From Bythopirellula sp. (lineage in GTDB: Bacteria; Planctomycetota; Planctomycetia; Pirellulales; Lacipirellulaceae), in assembly GCA_965216565.1 (NCBI GenBank), contig OZ244170.1, positions 3,616,001-3,680,000 on the forward strand: 64,000 bases of DNA, written 5' to 3'. Below are positions 1 through 9,472 of this stretch, piece by piece (the first letter of the stretch is position 1; each line of letters begins with the position of its first letter). Both the position numbers and the translations under genes were made by a program. The notes under the pieces are model-generated. The model saw only the letters and a list, made by a program, of their open reading frames with translations. It made no database searches and was not told the origin of the DNA.

Positions 1-908
1 GCAACCAGGCTCCTCACTTTTTCTAGAATCGAATCTTGCTGGGAATCAAGTTGTTGCCGGGTCGCATAGTCGCCACTCGGTTGCTTTTTCCGCTCGAGCC
101 TCTCAACGTCGGCCGCCAATCGATCAAGGCGCGCGTCTCGCACAATTGAAGATTCTTCGCGCTCGGCGATCCGTGGCTGTTGGGGATGCTGTGGAATCGG
201 CGTGAGAGGCTGCGCGGGTTCGGGCATGGCAGGGCGAGGACAGAGTCCGTTAGGGCAGTTCACCACAACCTGCTGTTTGCGACCGAGAACTCTACCTACA
301 AAGCTTCGCAAGGGACGCCCGCAGCTGGCATACGTTACCCCATCTCGCTGGCCCCAAACCACCGCAACGAGCTGGCCGCGGTCATTGAACACCCCGCCCC
401 CAGAGTCGCCCGTTCGCACTGCACTTCCCAACAACACACTCGTCTGCCCTTGCTGATTCGAAGTACCCACGGCCAGGCCCGAAACACATCGATACTGACC
501 CGACTGGCCATACCCACAGGCGGTCAAGTTTGATTTCTGATTTAGTTCAAACGCCACAGGCGCTGGTTGCACAGGTGGATTGGCGATCACGAGCGCTGCC
601 AGGTCAGCAGATTCATCAAGCGCGACTAACCGTGCCCCGTACGTACGGCCACTGGCAAACTGCACTACAATCTTCCCCGTACCTTCGCGAAACAGGTGCC
701 AGCAACTGAGCACCAGCCCCGCACGCTGGTCGTTCGAGCAATCGATCAACGTACCGCTGCCGACGTTCGAGAAACCTGATAGCTGGTTGAGGACGCGACA
801 CGACGCCTCCGCAGGTACGCTTGCCTCTGACCTTGTTGCACATAGCGATATCAAAGCCCCGAGCGCGAATGCAATGGTAAGCTTCTTAGAAATCGGTAGG
901 TTTCGCAT
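1..908 (-). CDS. Secreted trypsin-like (S1) serine peptidase, 3' end runs off the window
   Basis: Not in the ORF track (no stop in window). Manual translation from ATG 908: MRNLPISKKLTIAFALGALISLCATRSEA (signal-like), GSGTLI, LSCWH (His), DLAAL (Asp), GDSGGG (Ser), then CPNGLCP, a Pro/Gln linker and a coiled-coil-like segment. Confidence 0.85.
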   Translation of the reverse strand, partial: MRNLPISKKLTIAFALGALISLCATRSEASVPAEASCRVLNQLSGFSNVGSGTLIDCSNDQRAGLVLSCWHLFREGTGKIVVQFASGRTYGARLVALDESADLAALVIANPPVQPAPVAFELNQKSNLTACGYGQSGQYRCVSGLAVGTSNQQGQTSVLLGSAVRTGDSGGGVFNDRGQLVAVVWGQRDGVTYASCGRPLRSFVGRVLGRKQQVVVNCPNGLCPRPAMPEPAQPLTPIPQHPQQPRIAEREESSIVRDARLDRLAADVERLERKKQPSGDYATRQQLDSQQDSILEKVRSLV

Positions 909-909
909 C

Positions 910-1500
910 TTAGACCCCCGCCAATGTAAAGCGATATCGATAGAACGGACTACGGGCCAGATCGGCGGGTTCTGTCACCCGGTCGGCCAAGTGCGGCACC
1001 GGATCGATGCCTCCCCCTACACGATCAGCCAGAGCGCAGGCTTCTGAGCAAAACGGCGGTCGGCTGGTAATCTTTAGATCATCCATATCTGGACGCACCC
1101 ACAATCGCCACATCGGCATGTGCCGCAACGCGGCGAGGAGCACGCCGAAATATCCGTAGTCGCAGCCAGCCAACCGCCGAATGTACCTCACAGCACCCGG
1201 TTGGTCGTAACCTCGCCAACGATCGCCGGGATTGGTTTCGAACACGTCAATCGATCCGGGCAGTCGTGCCACCTGGCTTTCCAGTGTCACGGCACGGCCT
1301 CCCTGCAGTTCGCGCACTTCGCAGCAAAACAAGGTATCGCCCCACCAAACCGCTCGCGCCGCATGGGTGTATTCGCTACGACCCGCGATGCGAATCAAGC
1401 GTGCCAAGAATCCGCGACCTCGAAAGAGCAATAGATCGCCGTCGCAGATGCGATCTTCCGCGTGCCGAAGCAACAACAAGGATCGAAAGTTGGTTTCCAA
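910..1500 (-). CDS. Permuted papain-like NlpC/P60 (YiiX/YaeF-type) peptidase/amidase
   Basis: GDLLLF...EYTHAA (His first), GCDYG, then FCSE (Cys late), the permuted NlpC/P60 order. TTG 1500 follows GGAGG; the ORF track start is 1551. Confidence 0.75.
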   Translation of the reverse strand: METNFRSLLLLRHAEDRICDGDLLLFRGRGFLARLIRIAGRSEYTHAARAVWWGDTLFCCEVRELQGGRAVTLESQVARLPGSIDVFETNPGDRWRGYDQPGAVRYIRRLAGCDYGYFGVLLAALRHMPMWRLWVRPDMDDLKITSRPPFCSEACALADRVGGGIDPVPHLADRVTEPADLARSPFYRYRFTLAGV

Positions 1501-1527
1501 GAGTGTTTCGCCCCTCCGAGTGCGCAC

Positions 1528-1568
1528 AAAAAAAGCCCGGCGAGAACACAATGGTCCTCAGCCGGGCT
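1528..1568 (-). terminator. Intrinsic terminator-like hairpin just upstream of the NlpC/P60 gene
   Basis: Minus strand AGCCCGGC...GCCGGGCT stem followed by a T7 tract. Confidence 0.55.
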
Positions 1569-1910
1569 CTTCGGATACCTGCATTAGGCTCTGGTAGATA
1601 CCTCAACGACAAGAGCTAACTTATCGCAAAGCGTGGCCCAAGTTCAAAGAGAAAGTGAGAAGATTTCGAACGCGCCTTGGCATGACTCGATAGCAACGAC
1701 GGTCCTTGGCTTCGGAATAACATCAACACTAAGATGTTCTTAGTGAGCCTTCCCCTAGATGCGTCGGCCGATGAAACCCTGTGCAGGTTAGTAAGAGTGG
1801 ATATGCTCCAGCTTTGGATGTAACTACAATGTACATCCGCTACATAGAAACGTGTCCGCCACTACTTTCAATGCCATGATAAAACTTGTCCTCTCTTACA
1901 GGCCATCCCT

Positions 1911-2603
1911 ATGCACTTGAAATACGAGAACAGAGTTTTCGGAGAACCTCTACAACTCCTTGACCCTCCTAACTCTCGACTCATGTGGCAAACCCTAGGT
2001 CCTGCGTGGCGTATATCAAGTGGTAACGTTTATCGCTTGAGCTTTTTCCCATCCGTTGACGGCATACAGAAAATTCGGTCTTCCGACATGGCGTTTCCAG
2101 AGGAATGTTGCGTCTGTAGCGAGCCTTCAACGTGTATGCTTCCAATCAGGCCACGGTCGTGGATGCGTTATTTACTAGAGAGATTCGGATGGAAAGAGCC
2201 ACTGAGTATTCCTCATTGCAAAAAGCACTCAAATAGAAGATATGCTGTTTTTTGCGGTGGTTTCTACCTCATTGGCTCACCAGAAGTTCGGTGCTATTGC
2301 CTAGGGCTTAACCAACAATTCCTAGAGAAGATCCGTGACTCTTATTCAGAAGGGGAATGCCAACCGCCTTGGGAATTTGCACCTAGACATCATTGTGATA
2401 GTGGCTGGCACCTCAGTACCGTTGAAGAGAACTGGGTAGGTAACTATTGGCGTCCATTTTGGACCAGTTTGAATGAAATAGAAAGGCTAGAGTATCTAAA
2501 GCGATGGAACGCTGACGAAACCTGGAGGGCTTCCTTTCTGAATAAAGACGGTGCATGGCACAGAAGAAGCGACGAAAAATACTGGACTGCCGACTCTAAA
2601 TGA
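1911..2603 (+). CDS. Hypothetical protein, AT-richer, Cys/Trp-rich
   Basis: 230-aa ORF with CCVC and HCKKH motifs and a C-terminal PPW...W..FW.SL...ER.EYL segment. Confidence 0.6.
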   Translation: MHLKYENRVFGEPLQLLDPPNSRLMWQTLGPAWRISSGNVYRLSFFPSVDGIQKIRSSDMAFPEECCVCSEPSTCMLPIRPRSWMRYLLERFGWKEPLSIPHCKKHSNRRYAVFCGGFYLIGSPEVRCYCLGLNQQFLEKIRDSYSEGECQPPWEFAPRHHCDSGWHLSTVEENWVGNYWRPFWTSLNEIERLEYLKRWNADETWRASFLNKDGAWHRRSDEKYWTADSK

Positions 2604-2762
2604 AAATCCCAGCATTCACCTCGTCAAAATCTTGATTACCGAGAATTGTGCTTATTTACCAGGTATTTTTGCCATCACTTACGTAGTGCGACCAGCAAAT
2701 CGGCTTTTGGATGAGCTACACCGGCGTGAAACGCCTGGGCAGGAGAAATCAACAGAAACTAC

Positions 2763-3824
2763 TCAACGTCCAGCGAAGTTTCGCCGGCTCGCGATGCGGC
2801 CATTGTGGTCGCGCTCGTAGATACTGAACTCTGCCCACACGGGAAAGTGATCGGAAACCTCTAAGGCTTGCTTCTGAGTGAGGTTGTAGAGTCGCATGAC
2901 ATCTAGCACACCCGATCGGCCTGCGTACTCAGTCGTCGAGGCTTGGTGAATCAGAATGTTGTCGTACTGCTTATTCTGCCGCGTGTTGGTCCAGACGCCG
3001 GAAATCAATGGGTAGATACCAGGGAGTTCACCCAGACGCCGCATATGGCGATCGTCGGCGTTGAAGTCACCGAGCAATATAATGTCGTCCTCACCACGAC
3101 TCGATCGCCGTACCACGCGATACACCTCGGCCAGCGCGTCGAGTTCATGCTGCAAGACTTTAGAACTGGGGTCTGTATGCGTGTTAATCAAAGTGAACGT
3201 AAATGCTTCGTCCGGATTCGCTTGGCGGGCTCGGAAGGTGGCCACCAACGGCTCGCGATGAAGCATGTTATCGGGGTCGCCAATCGTGTAGACACTCTGA
3301 TGATCGATCTCCACGGTGGCTGAATTGAAGATGTACGCGTACTGTTCTTTTTGAGTCGTATTACCAATGCGTCGGCCAATTACATAGTCGAAACGAGAGC
3401 CAGATTGATTGATCAACTTGATGAAGTTGGGAATCAGGTATTCATCTTTAGAACTAATTTCCTGAACGGCTACGACATCGAATTTTCTGACGATATCAGC
3501 CAGTGAATGCATGACGTACGTTTTGCTGGACTTCTTTTTACCGAAGTCCTGGATATTGTACGAAGCAATCCGCAGCAAAGGCCCGCTGTCGGGACCTGTA
3601 TCGATGGCGGCACCGGCCTGTGCCGGATATTGTTGTTCCGCCGAAGCCGGAGTGGGCGCGGGCTGTTGCCAAGCACCGGGAGTTTGGTAGTTCCCCGAAG
3701 TGCGAGATTCTCGCGGTTGGTTGCGAGCTGACTGGCCAAGTTGGTCTAGACCTCCCCCTTGCAGGAATAGGTATCCAAACCCACCCATGATTCCCAGCGT
3801 GATCAATGAGAAAAAGCGCTGCAC
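2763..3824 (-). CDS. Endonuclease/exonuclease/phosphatase (DNase I-like) protein with N-terminal anchor
   Basis: IASYNIQDFG, VAVQEI, EQYAYIF, ILLGDFNAD, YDNI and SDHFPV motifs; RBS AGGAGG before GTG. Confidence 0.9.
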   Translation of the reverse strand: MQRFFSLITLGIMGGFGYLFLQGGGLDQLGQSARNQPRESRTSGNYQTPGAWQQPAPTPASAEQQYPAQAGAAIDTGPDSGPLLRIASYNIQDFGKKKSSKTYVMHSLADIVRKFDVVAVQEISSKDEYLIPNFIKLINQSGSRFDYVIGRRIGNTTQKEQYAYIFNSATVEIDHQSVYTIGDPDNMLHREPLVATFRARQANPDEAFTFTLINTHTDPSSKVLQHELDALAEVYRVVRRSSRGEDDIILLGDFNADDRHMRRLGELPGIYPLISGVWTNTRQNKQYDNILIHQASTTEYAGRSGVLDVMRLYNLTQKQALEVSDHFPVWAEFSIYERDHNGRIASRRNFAGR

Positions 3825-4025
3825 AAGCCCCTCCTTGGGCGACGTGCGATTATAGAGTCTCTTAACTTATCGTCCGTTTGCCAAACTTTACCGAAACCAA
3901 AACGCGCATGAACAAACGAAGCGAGAAGAAAAATCGAGGTAAGTTATCCAACTTTACAAGAACGAGCCAGACAGGCCAGTGCTAGCAATCCGCAATGAGA
4001 AAGTGCAGCAAAGAAATGCGCTGTG

Positions 4026-4580
4026 CTAGCTGTTGGCGAGCGACACCAAATGTTCCAGCTCGGGAACAATCACTTCCTCCATTGCCAGTCGCACTGCAGG
4101 CGTGGAACCTGGCATCGTGAGCACGACTGTCTGGTTTCGAAGTCCGCCTAAGGCGCGGCTTAGCATCGCGGCGGTGCCGATTTCTCGGTAACTGAGCATT
4201 CGCAACAATTCGCCATAACCGGGCAACTCCTTGGTGAGCAAACCAGCAATTGCCTCTGGTGTTTGATCTCGGCTAGAGATCCCCGTGCCGCCGGTAATGA
4301 GAACGACGTCGACGTCTTTACGATCAGCAAAGTCGCGCACTAATTGGGAGATAGCGGTAGGCTCATCCGCAACGATCTCTCGCGCAGCAACCCGATGTCC
4401 GGCCCATTCGAGAAACTGCACGATCGTTTGTCCACTACTGTCGGAGTCTAGATCCCGGGAATCGCTTACTGTGAGAATCGCGCAGCTGACGCTCTCTGGA
4501 GCGGCTTCGCGGTGCTGCTCGACTGGATCCTTACTCTCAGAATCCCTCATCTCTGAATCGCCGCTCTCTGGGCCAGCCAT
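4026..4580 (-). CDS. moaB: Molybdenum cofactor biosynthesis protein MoaB/MogA
   Basis: ILTVSD, D.SG, LITGGTG...RDQTPEA, LPGYGE, AMLSRA and MPGS motifs. Confidence 0.9.
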   Translation of the reverse strand: MAGPESGDSEMRDSESKDPVEQHREAAPESVSCAILTVSDSRDLDSDSSGQTIVQFLEWAGHRVAAREIVADEPTAISQLVRDFADRKDVDVVLITGGTGISSRDQTPEAIAGLLTKELPGYGELLRMLSYREIGTAAMLSRALGGLRNQTVVLTMPGSTPAVRLAMEEVIVPELEHLVSLANS

Positions 4581-4676
4581 TTTATGTTCTCCTGCATCGG
4601 TTCCATTAGCTATAATTGAGCATAGGGAACATTTGATACCAATGTAACCGAAACCGGAACAACAGAGCCTGTTCGC

Positions 4677-5879
4677 ATGAGATTTTTGTTGCCAATTTTC
4701 GTAGTGGCGATCTCCGCTTTAGCCGCGTGTAGTGATCCGACCCGTGCCGACGTATTCGAGCTTGAGGATGGAGGGCGAATTGTCGGCACGCTGATCGAGC
4801 ATGGTAATGAAGGGGAATCCGTCATTCGCAGCGAGTCGGGGGCTCTGGTCACTCTCGAAGAGAGTCAAATTCGCAAGGTCGTCCGTGTAAGCGACGATTT
4901 ATTGGAATATCAGCAACGCAGCCGTTCGATCCCCGACACCGTCGGAGCGCATCACCGATTAGCTGCCTGGTGCAAAGAGCATCAACTTTCTCGTCAGCGA
5001 AAGCACCACTTACAGCGCGTCTTAGAACTTGACCCCAGCGACCGAGAGGCTCGCATGAGTCTGGGCTATCAAGAACATCAGGGCCGCTGGCTCACTCGCG
5101 ACCAAATCATGCAGGCGTGGGGCCTGGAGATGTACAAGGGGGACTACCGCTCCGTACAGGAGATTGCGCTCCTGAAACGTCGTGACAAATATGAAAACGC
5201 GGACGCCGAGTGGTTCGACAAGCTCAGGTTATGGCGACGTTGGCTCGATAGTCGCAGACGCGACGAGGCACTGGCCAATCTTCGAGATGTCCGCGACCCC
5301 GTGGCCGCTCCCGCGCTGATTAAGCTGCTGAACAAGGAACGCAATCTGGAGGTTCAGGAACTGTACCTTTCCATTCTAGGAGAACTCCCTCATGCGGCGG
5401 CCATCGAGAAGCTGGTCGAGTTTTCCATCTACGATCCACTCCCTGAAATCCGCGAACTGTGCCTCGAGAGTTTGCTTCGCAATCATCAACCGTTGCCGCT
5501 GACTCCCTATACGAAGGCCTTGAGAAGTCGAGACAACGATCATGTTCGGCAAGCGGCTGCGGCTTTACATCGCATCGGAAATACCGAAGCGATCAGTCCC
5601 TTAATCGATGCCTTAGTAACGACCCACAAGTACAAGAACCTTAATGCTCCGCCAGGAGAGATGAATGCTTCGTTCTCGCCGTCCGGCGGCGGTGGAGGGT
5701 TGAGCATGGGCGGAAACAAGAACAAGGTAATTCGTGTTGTGAAGCACAACGACGAGGTCCTCCGAGCCCTGGTCGATCTCTCAGGCGGCCAAAATTACGA
5801 ATTCAACGAGGAAGCCTGGCGACGCTGGTACGTAAATACCCAAATCTACGAAAACGTCGACGCTCGGCGTGATGAATAG
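4677..5879 (+). CDS. Secreted HEAT-repeat protein
   Basis: Signal peptide, ADVFEL.DG...G start, helical repeats (AAPALIKLL, AISPLIDAL) and C-terminal W.RW. Confidence 0.75.
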   Translation: MRFLLPIFVVAISALAACSDPTRADVFELEDGGRIVGTLIEHGNEGESVIRSESGALVTLEESQIRKVVRVSDDLLEYQQRSRSIPDTVGAHHRLAAWCKEHQLSRQRKHHLQRVLELDPSDREARMSLGYQEHQGRWLTRDQIMQAWGLEMYKGDYRSVQEIALLKRRDKYENADAEWFDKLRLWRRWLDSRRRDEALANLRDVRDPVAAPALIKLLNKERNLEVQELYLSILGELPHAAAIEKLVEFSIYDPLPEIRELCLESLLRNHQPLPLTPYTKALRSRDNDHVRQAAAALHRIGNTEAISPLIDALVTTHKYKNLNAPPGEMNASFSPSGGGGGLSMGGNKNKVIRVVKHNDEVLRALVDLSGGQNYEFNEEAWRRWYVNTQIYENVDARRDE

Positions 5880-5937
5880 AGTTATCACCACTCAATACGT
5901 TTCGTTTCGACCCTGACAACTCATAACGGATTAGTTC

Positions 5938-6315
5938 ATGTCACAACCTACCGTCGCGATCGTTGGTGCTAGTGCTGACCGAGAAAAATTTGGCAACAAA
6001 TCAGTCCGCGCTCATGTGGCCCAAGGGTACGAAGTATTTCCTGTGAATCCCAAAGGCGGAGAGATCGAGGGCCTGACCGTTTTCAAAACCCTCGCCGAGA
6101 TTCCTGCCGAACGCCTCAACCGCATCAGCATGTACGTACCGCCCCAAGTGGGACTCGCGATGATCGACCAGATTGCCGCTCAGGGTTGCGACGAACTGTG
6201 GCTCAACCCGGGTAGCGATAGCCCCGAGCTAACTGAACGTGCCCGCGAACTGGGCCTGGAACCCATCACCGCCTGCAGCATCGTCGACGTCGGCATAAGC
6301 CCGAGTGAACTATAA
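5938..6315 (+). CDS. CoA-binding protein (YccU-like)
   Basis: VAIVGAS....KFG, VFPVNP and WLNPG motifs. Confidence 0.9.
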   Translation: MSQPTVAIVGASADREKFGNKSVRAHVAQGYEVFPVNPKGGEIEGLTVFKTLAEIPAERLNRISMYVPPQVGLAMIDQIAAQGCDELWLNPGSDSPELTERARELGLEPITACSIVDVGISPSEL

Positions 6316-6341
6316 AGCTAATTCTGCGGCTCAAAGTTCTT

Positions 6342-7715
6342 TCACGCCGCCGAGGCGGCTTTTCTTCGTTCCCACCAACCAGCACTGATTTTCGAAAGTG
6401 CGATACGGTCTTCCAGGTTGGGCCGAAAGATGGTGAGCAGTAGCAACGGCAAGTACCAGGCGATAAAGATGCCGCCGTTATAGGCATGCCAGAATTGGGC
6501 CGCCAGCATGATTGCCGCCGAGCCAGAAATCAATGTGCCCAGGTTCTTCTGCAAGGGCCACACGGTGTAGCTAAAAGAGAGACCCACAAAGGCCGCCAAT
6601 AGTGGATAGCGGTAATAGTGGCTCCAGGTTGTCCAAATTCCTTCCAGCATCGCAGCGGTCGGCGAGCGGAGGCCAAACATTTGCAGTACGCGTTCGAAGA
6701 ACATTTCGAGACTGGTCGCTGTAAATGCCAGAGTGCCGATTAAAACAACAATCATCAACAGCACACCAAAAACGAATCGTTTGACTCCGCGCTCCCAATA
6801 AAAGCTACACCACAAGGGAACCAGAAACACAGGGTAGTAAATTGTCCCGGAAGCCAAACCTACGAGCATGCCTGCCCACAGCGGATAGCGATACAACACG
6901 ACCGCCCACACCAGAAGCGACCCTGGTAAAGCATGCAGCACATCGCCGGTCCAGAGGGCCGTGTAAGGCAGCATCAAATATAATGTCGCCACGGCAATTC
7001 CACCGGTCAGGCTTTCGAAGTGCCAACGACCGATGACGATCACGCCCAGGACGATCATCGTATGCGACAGAATCGCCATCACCCGAGCGGTTGCCTCGTG
7101 GACTTTCCTGCGCTGAATGTCTTCTTGCTCGTCGACAGTGGCTGTGGACTTACCTTCTTCAGCCGAGATAATCCGCTGCGTGGCAATTCGCGGCATCGTA
7201 TAGATAAGCCAGAATCCCGGTCCATCCGTAGTGAAACTGTCCGACTCTGTCTGCTCGATATCTTGTTCGCCTTCGGCGCGAATCTCTTCTACCTGCCGAG
7301 CGGGCGACAGATCGCTTGCGCCGGGACGACCCGTCACCACATTGGCCATCAGGAAAAACATCAGAAAGCTGCCCATGAAAAACAGCCCTGCCGAATTCAG
7401 ATTGGGCTCTAGCAGCGGTCGTCGCACCATCGCCGTGTCGAGTAGCAATCGCAATAAGAGCACCCCTCCAGCGACAAACAGCCATAAGAATCCTAAGTAC
7501 TCGATCTCCATCGAACGTTGTACGAGATCGATATTCTCCCAAGCCCATTGCACTAAGAGCAAACCAGGTGCGAGTGAGATCAGCAGAAACAGGTCGACGT
7601 TCCTCAAGCTCCAAATTCGATTGAACTTGAAGTACAAGGCCAACATCAACAGCGACGAGAGATAAGCCCAACTTGTGGGATTCACTCGTTCATATTGGAA
7701 TAGGATTTCTGCCAT
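6342..7715 (-). CDS. Polytopic membrane protein (possibly GT-C/GT87-like)
   Basis: 457 aa with about 11-12 hydrophobic segments; function not assignable. Confidence 0.7.
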   Translation of the reverse strand: MAEILFQYERVNPTSWAYLSSLLMLALYFKFNRIWSLRNVDLFLLISLAPGLLLVQWAWENIDLVQRSMEIEYLGFLWLFVAGGVLLLRLLLDTAMVRRPLLEPNLNSAGLFFMGSFLMFFLMANVVTGRPGASDLSPARQVEEIRAEGEQDIEQTESDSFTTDGPGFWLIYTMPRIATQRIISAEEGKSTATVDEQEDIQRRKVHEATARVMAILSHTMIVLGVIVIGRWHFESLTGGIAVATLYLMLPYTALWTGDVLHALPGSLLVWAVVLYRYPLWAGMLVGLASGTIYYPVFLVPLWCSFYWERGVKRFVFGVLLMIVVLIGTLAFTATSLEMFFERVLQMFGLRSPTAAMLEGIWTTWSHYYRYPLLAAFVGLSFSYTVWPLQKNLGTLISGSAAIMLAAQFWHAYNGGIFIAWYLPLLLLTIFRPNLEDRIALSKISAGWWERRKAASAA

Positions 7716-8142
7716 ACCGTATCAAACAGCGTCCGCGTGCCTTGTGAGAATAGAGTATTACCAAAGCACCTAGTTGCGCTCTGTGGACCTTGTCTTTGCG
7801 GAAGACAAATTGCATCAAATCTAAAGGACGCCTAGTCCTGCAGCGATATACCAGGAGTCGAAAAATAGGAACTGGCTCGACGCGTAAACTCGGTTTGAAC
7901 CGCCTGGCGGGAAATGGGGACAGGCACCTGATTGCGGCAACGCGTAAACGGTTTCTACGTAAGACTTCGCAATCACGAGCCAGTCCCCATTTCAAGTTCA
8001 CATTGCGCTGGAGGACTCGACTCTCTTAGGATAAGCACTACAAGTAGAGTTGCAACTGGAAATGAGAGAACCTAGGCCGCACAAGAGCTTTGACGACAGT
8101 GGTTTAGGCAAAGCTCTCTCCGCACCTGCACCACGCTTCGAG

Positions 8143-9360
8143 CTAACTACTTACCACTTCCAGCCTGGTTCTGGCCATGGTTGCCCAAGGGCTCTCAGGA
8201 GCCAATTCCAAGAACATCTGCCAGTGCGCCTCTGCTTCGTCCGAGGAGCCTAGACGATCGAGAAGACTCGCCAAGTGATAGTGCACGTCGGCGTATTCAG
8301 GATGGATTGCTAGTGCTCCCTGAAAGGCCGCCAAGGCCAACTCTAGCTCATCGTTCTCTACGAGCACACATCCCAAACTGGCTCGTGCTTCGACGTATTC
8401 TTCATCCAACTCGATGGCCATGTAATAGCGCTCGCGAGCTGCGGAGAGATCGCCCCGACGATACAGTAGATCGGCCAACGAAAAGTGATTTTCGGGCGTC
8501 TGATCTCCTGCCACCAGCAAGGTGCGATAAACTTCTGCCGCTTTGTCGAGTTCGCCTTCGTCTTCCCACTGTTGGGCACTCTGTTGCAACATCTCCGCAG
8601 TAGGTATCGATTCCTCCCCGGATGTGTCAATTTCCAGCACCGGCGCTGCTTCGAATCTCAAGGCCGGTTGTTGCTCATCTTCTTCGATCTTATCGAAGTC
8701 AATCAGCAGTTGCCCGCCCGGTTCGGCTAAGTCGTCTCCCCGCCGAAGAAACAAGCGCGACCCTTCCACCACGATTGCAGGATCTGCCAGGGGTCGATCG
8801 GAATCGGGACACAGCTTATTCAGCTCGCCAAGCTTTCGCTCGATGACATGCAGAGAGCAGCCATCATGAAGCAGTGCTGCCAAATGACGGGCAATGGCCA
8901 CTTCTTGAAAATCAAAGTAGGGCAAGCGGCGAACCATTCGGCACGCCTCGAGAGCGCCGCATCGATGCCACCGTCGGATGGCTGCGATGGGGGCTTCCAC
9001 CAAGTCGGCCAACATGGCTGGTGTATAGAGTTGCCGCACTCCTTGGGTTTGGTCAACGAGGCCTAGTCGCTCCCAAAACTCAGATTCTTTCACGACCTCG
9101 GCATCGTGTAACGCGGATTTGTCTGCCCACATTGAGGGTGCTGACTTGTCGTTCCCTAAGGCAGCGGCCAAATCTGCGTGCTCGTCGCCAATCACTATCA
9201 GTGTAGGCAGGGTTTGCTCGCTTGAGACCACTTCGCCGCTACGCTCGGCAATCAATTTCTTCGCCTCACGGCGCGACATTCCCGATAGCCGACCGACCAG
9301 CGCTACACGCTGATTTGCGAGCGTTTGCTTCTCGGATGTGTGTTCTTGCGCACTCGACAT
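8143..9360 (-). CDS. BRCT + MerR-type HTH + TPR protein
   Basis: N-terminal VALVGRLSGMSRREAKKLI..ESEFW (BRCT-like); YTPAMLADLV...IRRWHRCGAL (MerR HTH); four C-terminal TPRs. Confidence 0.8.
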   Translation of the reverse strand: MSSAQEHTSEKQTLANQRVALVGRLSGMSRREAKKLIAERSGEVVSSEQTLPTLIVIGDEHADLAAALGNDKSAPSMWADKSALHDAEVVKESEFWERLGLVDQTQGVRQLYTPAMLADLVEAPIAAIRRWHRCGALEACRMVRRLPYFDFQEVAIARHLAALLHDGCSLHVIERKLGELNKLCPDSDRPLADPAIVVEGSRLFLRRGDDLAEPGGQLLIDFDKIEEDEQQPALRFEAAPVLEIDTSGEESIPTAEMLQQSAQQWEDEGELDKAAEVYRTLLVAGDQTPENHFSLADLLYRRGDLSAARERYYMAIELDEEYVEARASLGCVLVENDELELALAAFQGALAIHPEYADVHYHLASLLDRLGSSDEAEAHWQMFLELAPESPWATMARTRLEVVSS

Positions 9361-9472
9361 GATATCCCAATAGAAAGACGACCCTCAGCCAAGTAGGTAG
9401 TCTCTAACAGGGCCGCGCGAGTGTCAACGAGGCGTTGCAAAGTGCTGCGAAACTGCGGGAATGCAGCGGCGC

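Noticed and set aside
180..1047. Plus-strand ORFs 180-533 and 580-1047
   Set aside because: Shadows of the minus-strand serine protease, which has a full catalytic triad.
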